Shown here piece by piece: positions 54,670 to 64,000 of a stretch of DNA of 64,000 nt. This stretch comes from Paracoccaceae bacterium. Its GTDB lineage: Bacteria; Pseudomonadota; Alphaproteobacteria; Rhodobacterales; Rhodobacteraceae. Made by a program: the position numbers and the translations under genes. Below the pieces are notes generated by a model, which did not search any database, had not been told where the DNA came from, and saw only the letters and a list, made by a program, of their open reading frames with translations. Position 1 is the first letter of the stretch, and each line of letters begins with the position of its first letter. Where the stretch lies: the NCBI GenBank assembly GCA_029244725.1, contig JAQWQJ010000077.1, positions 128,640 through 192,639 of the forward strand, in the 5' to 3' direction.

Positions 54670-57596
54670 GGGTTGAAGGAAAAGGCCTGATCGACCGCAC
54701 GCATCGCGTGTCGTTTAACTTTGATGGCCAGCAAATCAGCGGTTACGCGGGGGACACCGTCGCCTCGGCGCTTTTGGCGAATGATATCCGCCTCATGGCC
54801 CGCTCGTTCAAATATCACCGTCCTCGGGGTGTGCTGACGGCCGGTTCCGAAGAGCCTAACGCGCTGATGACAATCGGCAATGGGGCCAAGCAAGATCCAA
54901 ATGTGCGTGCGACCGTGCAAGAAATCTACAACGGGCTTGAGGTTCGGAGCCAAAACGCATGGCCGTCGCTTAACGTTGACGCAATGGCCGTCAACAACCT
55001 GTTGTCGCCGTTTTTTGGCGCTGGGTTCTATTACAAAATGATGATGTGGCCCAAACCCTTGTGGGAGAAATTCTATGAACCCTTGATCCGCCGCGCTGCA
55101 GGACTTGGAGGGCTTTCAGTTGAGCATAACGAGGACACGTATGAACGCGCTTGGGCGCATTGCGATCTGCTGGTTATCGGGGGCGGGCCGACAGGGTTGA
55201 TGGCGGCGTTGACGGCAGCGAAGTCGGGCCTAGACGTGATTATCGCCGATGAAGACAGCATCATGGGCGGGCGTCTGAACGCCGAAACACATGAAGTTGA
55301 CGGCATGTCCGGCCAAGAATGGGCTGCAAAAACTGTGGCTGAACTTCAGGCTATGGACAACGTGCGCGTGATGACACGCACGACCGTCACAGGGGCCTAT
55401 GACCAAGGCACATATGGCGCGCTTGAACGTGTTGCGCACCACGGAAACACCGTAACAGACCTGCCGCTTGAATGCTTCTGGCGCATTGTTTCAAAACGCA
55501 CGATCCTAGCCACGGGTGCGTTAGAGCGCCCGATCGCGTTCCGCAACAATGACCGACCTGGGGTGATGAACGCAGGCGCTGTGCGCAGTTATCTCAATCG
55601 CTGGGGTGTTGCAGCGGGCAAGACTGTCGCCGTCTTTGGCAACAATGACAATGCGCACCGAACGGCGCAGGACCTTCAGGCCGCGGGCGTCAATGTGGCG
55701 GCGCTGATTGATAGCCGAACAGACGCACAGACGTCAGGTGATTTCCGCGTGATTGCAGGCGGTCAGGTGACTGATACGACTGGCGCGAAAGGGCTAAGTA
55801 GTGTGATCGTGAAACACGCAGGTGGTTCTGAGACGCTCGACGTAGATTGCCTCGCCGTGTCTGGCGGCTGGAATCCCTCGGTTCATCTAGCGTGCCACAC
55901 CAATGGGCGACCTGTTTGGAACGACAGCATAGCGGCGTTTGTCCCGTTGGCTAATATGGTGCTGGGCCTGTTGCCTGCTGGCGCTTGTAACGGGGACTTC
56001 TCGACGGCGGCCTGCCTGCAAGCAGGTATCAACGCGGCGAATGAAGCGCTGGGCGAGCTTGGCAAAAAGCCGGTTGATCAGTCTGTACCGCAGGCCGAAA
56101 ACGCTAGTTACAACATCACCCCGCTTTGGACAGTGCCGCACAAAGGCCGCGCATGGCTCGATTTCCAGAACGACGTGACGGCCAAAGACATCAAGCAAGC
56201 AGCAGCCGAAAACTTCAGCTCAGTTGAGCATATGAAACGCTTTACCACACAGGGGATGGCGACGGATCAGGGTAAGAATTCTAACGTTGGTGCGTTGGCG
56301 ATCTTGGCGGATGCTACGGGCCGAACCATTTCAGAAACGGGAACAACCACCTTCAGGCCACCCTATACACCGGTTGCGATTGCCGCGATGGGGGCAGGCG
56401 CGCAGGGTGACGGGTTCGCGCCAAAACGGTTTATGACCTCACACGCCGCGACGATAGAACGGAACGCTCCGATGATCGAAGCTGGACTTTGGTTTCGCCC
56501 CAGCTACTTCCCACAAGCTGGTGAAACGACGTGGCGCGAAAGCTGCGACCGAGAGGTTGGCTATGTGCGAAAAACCGTGGGAGTCGCGGATGTTTCGACC
56601 CTCGGCAAGATTGATATACAGGGTAAGGACGCGGGCGAATTCCTTGATTTCGTTTACACAAACATGTTTTCGACCCTCAAGGTAGGAAAGGTTCGTTATG
56701 GGTTGATGCTACGCGAAGACGGGCACGTAATGGACGACGGCACCACTGCGCGCATTGGTGAAAACCACTATGTGATGACGACCACCACTGCGGCGGCTGG
56801 GCCCGTGATGCGCCACCTTGAGTTTGTGCGCCAATGCTTGCGACCCAATCTCGAGATCAACCTAATCTCGACAACCGAGCAATGGGCGCAATTTGCCGTC
56901 GCTGGTCCGAAGTCGCGTGAGCTTTTGAATGATTTGGTTGACGACCCCATCAACAACCAAGCCTTCCCGTTCATGGGTTGTGGAGACATATCCATAGGTG
57001 ACGTCCAAGGCCGTTTGTTCCGCATCTCGTTTTCGGGTGAGCACGCATACGAAATCGCCGTACCGTCGCGCTTTGGTGATGCGTTGTTTCGAGAGCTTGT
57101 TAACCGCGCCGAGGAAATGGGCGGAGGCGCCTACGGTATGGAGGCGCTGAACGCATTGCGGATTGAAAAGGGCTTTATCACCCACGCCGAAATTCACGGA
57201 CGCATCACGGCTGATGATATCGGTATGGGCAAGATGGTGTCGGCGAAAAAGGATTGCATTGGCAAAACGGCCAGCGAACGCCCTGGCCTTTCTGGTGAGC
57301 ATCGCGAGCAACTTGTGGGCCTAATGCCGTTGGACAAATCAAAAGAATTGTCAGGAGGCGCGCATCTGTTTGAGCGCACGGCCGAAGCCATTCGGATTAA
57401 CGATCAAGGGTATACGACGTCGGTTGCATATTCACCGGAGCTTGGGTGCTGGTTGGCGCAAGGGTTCCTGAAGAATGGCTTGGCGCGCCACGGTGAAGTG
57501 GTGCGATTGGTAGACCATCTGCGGGACAAAGAAATCCTGTGCGAGGTTTGCCATCCAGTCTTTCTAGACCCTGAAGGAGGGCGCGCACGTGGTTGA
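54666..57596 (+). CDS. soxA: Sarcosine oxidase subunit alpha
   Basis: 976 aa. It has a 2Fe-2S-like N-terminus, an FAD/NAD domain (VIGGGPTGL) and a C-terminal GcvT-like folate-binding domain. Confidence 0.9.
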   Translation: MRVEGKGLIDRTHRVSFNFDGQQISGYAGDTVASALLANDIRLMARSFKYHRPRGVLTAGSEEPNALMTIGNGAKQDPNVRATVQEIYNGLEVRSQNAWPSLNVDAMAVNNLLSPFFGAGFYYKMMMWPKPLWEKFYEPLIRRAAGLGGLSVEHNEDTYERAWAHCDLLVIGGGPTGLMAALTAAKSGLDVIIADEDSIMGGRLNAETHEVDGMSGQEWAAKTVAELQAMDNVRVMTRTTVTGAYDQGTYGALERVAHHGNTVTDLPLECFWRIVSKRTILATGALERPIAFRNNDRPGVMNAGAVRSYLNRWGVAAGKTVAVFGNNDNAHRTAQDLQAAGVNVAALIDSRTDAQTSGDFRVIAGGQVTDTTGAKGLSSVIVKHAGGSETLDVDCLAVSGGWNPSVHLACHTNGRPVWNDSIAAFVPLANMVLGLLPAGACNGDFSTAACLQAGINAANEALGELGKKPVDQSVPQAENASYNITPLWTVPHKGRAWLDFQNDVTAKDIKQAAAENFSSVEHMKRFTTQGMATDQGKNSNVGALAILADATGRTISETGTTTFRPPYTPVAIAAMGAGAQGDGFAPKRFMTSHAATIERNAPMIEAGLWFRPSYFPQAGETTWRESCDREVGYVRKTVGVADVSTLGKIDIQGKDAGEFLDFVYTNMFSTLKVGKVRYGLMLREDGHVMDDGTTARIGENHYVMTTTTAAAGPVMRHLEFVRQCLRPNLEINLISTTEQWAQFAVAGPKSRELLNDLVDDPINNQAFPFMGCGDISIGDVQGRLFRISFSGEHAYEIAVPSRFGDALFRELVNRAEEMGGGAYGMEALNALRIEKGFITHAEIHGRITADDIGMGKMVSAKKDCIGKTASERPGLSGEHREQLVGLMPLDKSKELSGGAHLFERTAEAIRINDQGYTTSVAYSPELGCWLAQGFLKNGLARHGEVVRLVDHLRDKEILCEVCHPVFLDPEGGRARG

Positions 57597-58140
57597 ATTG
57601 ATTGCAAAAACCGCCTGTGACGGTTTGCTACCGATCACTCATGGCTCAGTAACATTAAGCGAGGCTACACCGGAACGAATAACGGCAGTCGCAGCCTTTG
57701 AGGGACAAGCAAAACCTCTGGCAGAGGCGCTGATGGCGTCGAACAGTATCGCAATGCCGGCCCCAAATCGAAGCACCGGCGGGGCAAAGCTACGCGCGAT
57801 TTGGGTTGGACCGGATCAGGCATTCTTTGTTGGCGAACAGCTTTCGTGTGAACTGGGCGGGCTGGCCAGCGTGACAGATCAAAGCGACGCGTGGGCAGTG
57901 GTCAGACTCGAGGGCGCGCATGCCGTTGATGTTCTAACGCGGCTTACCCCGATTGACCTGCGGTCCTCGGTCTTTAAGCGGGGCCATACCGCCAAAACAG
58001 ATTTGATGCATATGATGGCCTCGATCACCAAGACAGGGGACGCAGCGTTTGAAGTCATGGTGTTTAGGTCTATGGCAAAGACACTGGTTCATGATTTAAC
58101 AACGGCGATGACCAGTGTTTCGGCGCGTGATATTGCTTAA
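57589..58140 (+). CDS. soxG: Sarcosine oxidase subunit gamma
   Basis: 183 aa. Its start overlaps the soxA stop, and it is in the operon position expected for soxG. Confidence 0.8.
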   Translation: MVELIAKTACDGLLPITHGSVTLSEATPERITAVAAFEGQAKPLAEALMASNSIAMPAPNRSTGGAKLRAIWVGPDQAFFVGEQLSCELGGLASVTDQSDAWAVVRLEGAHAVDVLTRLTPIDLRSSVFKRGHTAKTDLMHMMASITKTGDAAFEVMVFRSMAKTLVHDLTTAMTSVSARDIA

Positions 58141-58208
58141 CAACGCTCTAAATGGTGACATGAACGGGTCGATGCCGTAAGGCTGTCGTCGATATTCAGA
58201 GGTGAACT

Positions 58209-58502
58209 ATGAAGAAGATTCTTGTCCTTGTTGCTGCATTGATGGCCTCGCCGGTTTATGCACAAGACAACGCGGCTGTGTGCGAAGTATCCCAAGGTTT
58301 TGTTACGCAAGCCGTTGATGCCCGTGTTGAAGGCATGTCTGAGAAAGAAGCAAAAAAGCTGATCAAAGCAGGGCTGGTCGAAAACGTTTTGATGTGGTCG
58401 CTGGTACTTGGGCCGCTTGTTTCACAGGTTTACGATCTACCGATGGACAAAATGACACCCGAGTTTTCGGAAAAGTTTTTGCAGGCGTGCCTAGACCAGT
58501 AA
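58209..58502 (+). CDS. Small secreted hypothetical protein
   Basis: 97 aa with the signal peptide MKKILVLVAALMASPVYA. Confidence 0.5.
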   Translation: MKKILVLVAALMASPVYAQDNAAVCEVSQGFVTQAVDARVEGMSEKEAKKLIKAGLVENVLMWSLVLGPLVSQVYDLPMDKMTPEFSEKFLQACLDQ

Positions 58503-58547
58503 GTTCTGGCCCTTGTCACCGGCGCCTAAAACTCCCAAAACTACGGC

Positions 58548-60485
58548 ATGAGTCTGCCGCCCGGATTTTTGGATGAATTGCGAACCCGCACCAGCCTTGC
58601 GCAGGTGATCGGCCGCAAAGTCATGTGGGATCAACGCAAATCCAATCAGGGCAAGGGTGATCTGTGGGCGCCGTGTCCGTTCCATCAGGAAAAAACCGCG
58701 TCTTTTCATGTGGATGACCGCCAAGGTTACTATTATTGCTTTGGCTGTCACGCCAAAGGTGACGCGATAAGTTTCATTCGTGAAACCGAAAATGTTGAGT
58801 TCATGGAGGCGATCGAAATTCTGGCTGGCGAGGCCGGAATTCCCATGCCTGCCCGTGATCCCAAAGCGCAAGAAAAGGCAGATCGCCGAACCCAGCTTAC
58901 CGAAGTCATGGATCAGGCCGTAAAATTCTTTCGTCTTCAATTGCACACTGGTGCAGGCCATGACGCACGTAAATATCTCGCGAAGCGCGGTCTTTCCGAG
59001 GCGACACAAGAAAAATTTGGTATCGGCTTCGCGCCTGAGGGTTGGCAAAACCTGTGGGATCATTTGATCGGCAAGTCGGTTCCTGAAGACCACATCATTG
59101 CAACAGGACTTGGCAAACCGTCGACCAAGGGCGGCAAGCCATACGACACGTTTCGTAACAGGATCATGTTCCCGATACGCGACAGTCGGGGCAAAGTTAT
59201 TGCTTTTGGTGGTCGCGCTATGGACCCAAGCGATAACGCAAAATACCTCAACAGCCCGCAGACTGAGATTTTCGACAAGGGGCGCAGCCTCTATAATTTT
59301 GCTTCTGCCCGCGAGGCGTCCGGCAAAGGCAATAAATTGCTTGTCGCCGAAGGTTACATGGACGTCATCGCCCTTTCCGAGGCCGGGTTTGGTGCGACCG
59401 TTGCCCCTCTGGGCACGGCTATAACCGAAGATCAGCTGCACTTGCTTTGGCGCATGTCAACCGAGCCTATCATTGCGTTGGATGGTGATACGGCCGGTCT
59501 TCGCGCTGCTTTCCGCGTCATTGATCTTGCGTTGCCATTAGTTCAGGCGGGCCAATCCCTGCGGTTCGCTTTGATGCCCGAAGGTAAAGACCCCGACGAT
59601 CTGGTACGCTCAGGGGGTGCCAATGCTGTGCAGGCAGTAATCGACCAAAGCCTGCCTTTGGTTCAATTGCTTTGGCGGCGCGAAACCGAGGGGCAGGTTT
59701 TTGACAGCCCCGAACGTAAAGCACTACTCGACAAGGTTCTGCGCGAAAAGACTGCGCTGATTACGGATCAATCTCTACGCAAACACTATGACGACGCGCT
59801 TTATCAACTGAAACGAGACAAGTTTTTCCAGCCCCGCCAAAACCGGCAAGCTGGCAGATGGGCGGCTCCGTCAAAAGCGTTTAATCCCGAAACCAAGGGC
59901 TCATTTTTGGCAACGGGGCAGGACAACGAACAGGAAATCCTCCACGAGGCGGTGCTGCTTTCGGTCATGATCAAAGTGCCAGAAGTCATTGTGGATTTTG
60001 AGCATCTGTTGGAAGCGCTTGATTTTCATTCCGACCTTCACAGCCGTATTCGCACCATCCTACTGCAATATGGTCACAACGGCGTTGAGGTTTTGGAAGC
60101 TGAAATAAACCAACAATTGGGCGAGGACGCCCTTGTGAAACTAATGTCTGCTCCCCATGTCGCAGTGGTACCGGCTCTACGTCGGACAAGAGACCATGAC
60201 CTTGCGCGTTTGACCGTCGAGGCTGCTTTCACAAAGCTCAAAACAAATCGGGGACACCGACAAGAAATGGCCGAAGCGATGGAGGATATGACCGATCGCC
60301 CAACCGAGGCCGTGACCCACAGAGTTAAAGAAGCAACCGAGGCCCGCAATCGCGCTGAACGCAATCATCAGGAAGACAAAGCGGAATATGATTTGGGTCC
60401 AAACGGGGCACCGATAAACCGCGAAGAACGCAACGCATTCGACGAACTGCTTGGTAAGATACCGTTTACCAAAAGCAGGCACTGA
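58548..60485 (+). CDS. dnaG: DNA primase
   Basis: It has the zinc-finger CPFHQEKTASFHV...YYCFGCHAKGD, the TOPRIM motif EGYMDV and a DGDTAG motif. Confidence 0.95.
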   Translation: MSLPPGFLDELRTRTSLAQVIGRKVMWDQRKSNQGKGDLWAPCPFHQEKTASFHVDDRQGYYYCFGCHAKGDAISFIRETENVEFMEAIEILAGEAGIPMPARDPKAQEKADRRTQLTEVMDQAVKFFRLQLHTGAGHDARKYLAKRGLSEATQEKFGIGFAPEGWQNLWDHLIGKSVPEDHIIATGLGKPSTKGGKPYDTFRNRIMFPIRDSRGKVIAFGGRAMDPSDNAKYLNSPQTEIFDKGRSLYNFASAREASGKGNKLLVAEGYMDVIALSEAGFGATVAPLGTAITEDQLHLLWRMSTEPIIALDGDTAGLRAAFRVIDLALPLVQAGQSLRFALMPEGKDPDDLVRSGGANAVQAVIDQSLPLVQLLWRRETEGQVFDSPERKALLDKVLREKTALITDQSLRKHYDDALYQLKRDKFFQPRQNRQAGRWAAPSKAFNPETKGSFLATGQDNEQEILHEAVLLSVMIKVPEVIVDFEHLLEALDFHSDLHSRIRTILLQYGHNGVEVLEAEINQQLGEDALVKLMSAPHVAVVPALRRTRDHDLARLTVEAAFTKLKTNRGHRQEMAEAMEDMTDRPTEAVTHRVKEATEARNRAERNHQEDKAEYDLGPNGAPINREERNAFDELLGKIPFTKSRH

Positions 60486-60602
60486 CAATTCCGCAATAAA
60501 CGGACAGAAATTCCACTCAATTGGACGCGAATCACTTCACTCTCCTAGTGATTCGTTTTACTCCTTTGGAACCGAATCACTGCCCCCCTCTAGGAGCACC
60601 GA

Positions 60603-62582
60603 ATGGCCGCTAAAGATACCGACGATAAGCAGACCAACGATCAGGATGCGGATATCTCTCTTGATATGAGCCAAGCTGCGGTCAAAAAGATGATCGCCGA
60701 GGCGCGCGAGCGTGGGTATATTACCTACGACCAGCTTAACACAGTGCTGCCGCCTGATCAGGTTTCTTCCGAACAAATCGAAGATGTTATGTCGATGCTA
60801 TCCGAAATGGGCATCAACATTATCGAAGATGAAGAAGTCGACGAAGAAGAACAAAAATCGACCGCAGTTGTTGAAGTAAACGCCAACAAAGAAGTCGCTT
60901 TGTCTGCTGGAACAGGCGAAAAGCTTGATCGCACGGACGATCCAGTTCGCATGTACTTGCGCGAAATGGGCAGTGTTGAGCTGCTCAGCCGCGAAGGCGA
61001 GATCGCGATTGCCAAGCGTATCGAAGCTGGCCGCAACACGATGATCCTTGGGCTTTGCGAAAGCCCGCTGACGTTCCAAGCGATTACTATCTGGCGCGAC
61101 GAGCTTCTGACAGAAGATATTCTTCTGCGTGATGTGATCGACCTTGAAGCGACCTTCGACAACGTGATGGGCGAAGAAGAAGAAACGACGCCTGTCGTGG
61201 CACCCGCTGCACCCGGAGCTGCAGCCCCAGCCGAAGAAAAGAAGCAAGAGCTCGACGCCGACGGCAACCCGATTGCTGAAGATGATGACGACGATGAGGA
61301 CGAGGCCGCCAACATGTCGTTGGCAGCGATGGAAGCTGCGCTTAAGCCGCAGGTTCTGGAAATGCTCGATCGTATCGCCGACGACTATTCCAAGCTGTCT
61401 GCCATGCAAGATAGCCGGATCGAAGCGACGCTGAACGAAGACGCCAAATTCTCGGACAAGCAAGAGGCGACCTACCAGGCCCTTCGGTCTGAGATCGTTG
61501 AATTGGTGAACGAGCTTCATCTACATAACAACCGTATCGAAGCGCTGATTGACCAGCTTTACGGCATCAACCGTCGCATCATGTCGATTGACAGCGCGAT
61601 GGTAAAACTTGCTGACCAAGCCCGTATCAACCGCCGCGAATTCGTCGAAGCCTATCGCAACCATGAGCTTGATCCAAGCTGGATGGATCGTATGGCCGAG
61701 AAAGCCGGCCGTGGTTGGCAGATGTTCATCGAGCGCTCATCCGACAAAGTTGAAGAACTGCGTGCTGAGATGGCCCAAGTCGGTCAGTATATCGGTCTCG
61801 ACATTTCTGAGTTCCGCCGCATCGTCGGCCAAGTTCAGAAGGGTGAGAAAGAAGCGCGCCAAGCCAAGAAAGAAATGGTCGAAGCCAACCTTCGTCTCGT
61901 TATTTCGATTGCCAAAAAATACACGAACCGTGGCCTGCAATTCCTTGATTTAATCCAGGAAGGTAACATTGGTTTGATGAAAGCGGTCGATAAGTTCGAG
62001 TACCGCCGTGGCTACAAATTCTCAACCTATGCGACATGGTGGATCCGTCAGGCGATTACACGCTCAATTGCTGACCAAGCCCGCACGATCCGTATTCCAG
62101 TGCACATGATCGAAACGATCAACAAGCTGGTCCGCACCGGTCGCCAAATGCTGCACGAAATTGGCCGCGAGCCGACACCAGAAGAATTGGCCGCCAAGCT
62201 GCAGATGCCGCTTGAGAAGGTCCGTAAGGTGATGAAGATCGCCAAAGAGCCGATCAGCCTTGAGACACCAATTGGTGACGAAGAAGACTCGCAACTTGGC
62301 GATTTCATCGAGGACAAGAATGCCGTGCTGCCGTTGGACAGCGCTATTCAGGAAAACCTCAAGGAAACCACAACGCGCGTGCTGTCGTCTCTGACGCCCC
62401 GCGAAGAACGTGTCCTGCGCATGCGCTTTGGTATCGGCATGAACACCGACCACACGCTCGAAGAGGTCGGCCAGCAGTTCAGCGTGACCCGCGAACGTAT
62501 CCGACAGATCGAAGCCAAGGCACTGCGGAAGCTGAAACATCCAAGCCGATCACGGAAGCTGCGAAGTTTCTTGGATCAATAA
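60603..62582 (+). CDS. rpoD: RNA polymerase primary sigma factor
   Basis: Regions 1.1 to 4.2 are present, including [18 protein letters not shown] and [15 protein letters not shown]. It has the acidic insertion typical of alphaproteobacteria. Confidence 0.95.
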   Translation: MAAKDTDDKQTNDQDADISLDMSQAAVKKMIAEARERGYITYDQLNTVLPPDQVSSEQIEDVMSMLSEMGINIIEDEEVDEEEQKSTAVVEVNANKEVALSAGTGEKLDRTDDPVRMYLREMGSVELLSREGEIAIAKRIEAGRNTMILGLCESPLTFQAITIWRDELLTEDILLRDVIDLEATFDNVMGEEEETTPVVAPAAPGAAAPAEEKKQELDADGNPIAEDDDDDEDEAANMSLAAMEAALKPQVLEMLDRIADDYSKLSAMQDSRIEATLNEDAKFSDKQEATYQALRSEIVELVNELHLHNNRIEALIDQLYGINRRIMSIDSAMVKLADQARINRREFVEAYRNHELDPSWMDRMAEKAGRGWQMFIERSSDKVEELRAEMAQVGQYIGLDISEFRRIVGQVQKGEKEARQAKKEMVEANLRLVISIAKKYTNRGLQFLDLIQEGNIGLMKAVDKFEYRRGYKFSTYATWWIRQAITRSIADQARTIRIPVHMIETINKLVRTGRQMLHEIGREPTPEELAAKLQMPLEKVRKVMKIAKEPISLETPIGDEEDSQLGDFIEDKNAVLPLDSAIQENLKETTTRVLSSLTPREERVLRMRFGIGMNTDHTLEEVGQQFSVTRERIRQIEAKALRKLKHPSRSRKLRSFLDQ

Positions 62583-62587
62583 ATTAG

Positions 62588-62617
62588 AGAGGGCGTCCGA
62601 GAGGGCGCCTTTTTTTA
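62588..62617 (+). terminator. Probable intrinsic terminator after rpoD
   Basis: A short GGCG/CGCC stem extended by A-T pairs, followed by TTTTTTT. Confidence 0.45.
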
Positions 62618-63075
62618 TTGGGAAAATCTTTGAACAGACATGCCACGACGAGATAAGACTCAAATTTGCGGATGAATTTGGTGCCATCGAAGAGGGACGA
62701 TCACTGAATGAAATCTGGGACGAGATTTAGACTTTTTAGAAAAACCTGCGTAGCTCGTGTCGATCATGATCGACTTGCCAGAGTTAAAAATACCCTTTTC
62801 TAAGCCCGCTTCGCGTTACGTCAGAAGTTGTTTATCAGCTTGTTCACGACAAATTGGCCACGCAAAATGGCACCGATGAATTTCCATTGCCAGAAAGCAT
62901 GCGCAATGATGCTCGTATGAAATGTCTAAGTCATTACAGGGACATTGCAAACGAAGCACGCGGTGCACTGAAAGATTGGACGAATGATTGCTGATCACGC
63001 GTGACGCCTGACCAAACACTCTCTACACACCCAACGCACCTCATGCTAAACCTGCGTAAAAAGCAGGAGGCACAC

Positions 63076-63333
63076 ATGTCCTTATTTTCAAAACTCTTCG
63101 GTGGTGGCACGCCCAAGCCGGTAAGCGCCGAGGAATATGAAGGCTACAAAATCACCCCGACTCCGGTGAAAGAACCACGTGGTTTTCGCATTTCTGCAAC
63201 GATTGAAAAGGACGGCCAGACCCATGAGATGATCCGCGCTGACACCTATGCGTCATCGGATACGGCAGTAGAGGCGTCTATAGCCAAGGCCAAGCAAGTC
63301 ATTGATCAAATGGGCGACCGACTATTTCGATAA
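63076..63333 (+). CDS. Small conserved-looking hypothetical protein
   Basis: The ATG at 63076 follows an AGGAGG SD and starts MSLFSKLFGG...; 85 aa. I have no secure family call. Confidence 0.45.
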   Translation: MSLFSKLFGGGTPKPVSAEEYEGYKITPTPVKEPRGFRISATIEKDGQTHEMIRADTYASSDTAVEASIAKAKQVIDQMGDRLFR

Positions 63334-63656
63334 GGAACGAACGCAGGTCCAACGCACTCTTAATGGCTGCTCACGTACAACCTCTCGTGTGCACACATTC
63401 GTGGTTCCATTGATCAACGGCTAGCGAAAGCTCGGATGCCTGAGATCAGCCAGACCACCGCAGATATCGACAGGTGCAGGGGAAAATCTCCTCTGATCTA
63501 TGGCCGGAATACGATCACTCGGCGGGCCCGCCACTTTATCTCAGACCTTCTGCCATTCCCCTGCAAGGCCGCATGCCTAAGCGGGGTAAAGGCGCATGCG
63601 CCCTTGACGACGCCAGTGCGATCCTGTGCACTGAGCGGGTATCAGAGAGGATCGTC

Positions 63657-64000
63657 ATGAAAACCCTGTTGATCACGTTAGTCGCACTATCCCTGCCTTC
63701 CTTGGCTCAGGCTGGCTGCCCGACTGGCTCGGAGACCTTGATTAATTGCACGTTCAAGAAGGGCTCAAAATCGGTGACGACCTGTATGGATGGCAATCTA
63801 GCGACTTATAGCTATGGGCCGACGGAGGGCACGCCAGAGCTACAGATGACCCGCAATGTCACAGACATCGACATGCAGCCATGGCACGGATTTGGCCGTT
63901 GGATATCTGAGGGGTTCACTTTTCAAAACGGTGATTACGGTTACACACTTCGCTATGCGATCGACAAACTGTCCGAAGACTCGGTCATCGAAGGTGATCT
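63657..64000 (+). CDS. Secreted hypothetical protein, 5' partial (runs off the window)
   Basis: The ATG at 63657 starts the signal peptide MKTLLITLVALSLPSLAQA. The frame stays open to the end of the window. Confidence 0.5.
   Translation, partial: MKTLLITLVALSLPSLAQAGCPTGSETLINCTFKKGSKSVTTCMDGNLATYSYGPTEGTPELQMTRNVTDIDMQPWHGFGRWISEGFTFQNGDYGYTLRYAIDKLSEDSVIEGD

Noticed and set aside
58491-59441. A 316-aa minus-strand ORF.
   Set aside because: It is almost entirely antisense to dnaG, which has zinc-finger and TOPRIM motifs on the plus strand. It is a shadow ORF.
60758-61520. 185-aa and 240-aa minus-strand ORFs.
   Set aside because: They are antisense to the acidic/low-complexity region of rpoD. 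The Ser-rich translation is an artefact of the GAA/GAC-rich sense strand.
62650-62730. An open frame ending ...KFADEFGAIEEGRSLNEIWDEI downstream of rpoD.
   Set aside because: It has no start codon or SD in frame. It may be a gene remnant or chance, and the evidence is insufficient.

Overview
This 64-kb chromosomal segment looks alphaproteobacterial, probably Rhodobacterales-like; that is inferred from gene content and order only (hom-glpX-recJ, dnaG-rpoD without rpsU, soxBDAG, many TRAP/TAXI transporters). From left to right it contains the following.

(1) A GT2 glycosyltransferase, then a truncated tRNA-Ser-like 3' fragment. The fragment abuts a roughly 3.9-kb islet that is visibly more AT-rich. 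The islet carries a tyrosine integrase, a DUF2237 protein, a Sel1-repeat protein built from six near-identical 108-bp units, and a small serine recombinase with a res-like site.

(2) From 5.4 to 28.5 kb, an accessory catabolic and transport region. It holds a TAXI-TRAP system, two leaderless Cys-type sulfatases, MBL-fold proteins (one alkylsulfatase-like), glutathione reductase and a GntR regulator. Then comes a roughly 11-kb same-strand gene string: two dctP paralogs (the first with an in-frame TGA), two zeta-like GSTs, dctQM, ALDH, SDR, cupin, DUF2218, an OsmC-like protein and an SDR-NrtS-like fusion. Its three control regions share TGGGATCCCA boxes arranged in pairs 62 bp apart.

(3) A yejABEF-like peptide ABC operon bracketed by two 116-bp direct repeats that are 97% identical. 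Each repeat contains a tRNA-like T-arm/ACCA module, a CCUCCUCC tract and an intrinsic terminator.

(4) A secreted sulfatase, a YHYH protein, an ABC-F ATPase with a candidate leader peptide, a Tet-like MFS pump, a BASS symporter, an acyltransferase, an ALDH and tRNA-Glu.

(5) Core genes: recJ, glpX, hom, a TetR regulator, gdh, soxBDAG, dnaG and rpoD.

I saw no CRISPR array, rRNA, transposase or recognisable defence system. The most unusual items are the 116-bp tRNA-like repeat pair and the GGATCC-box regulon.
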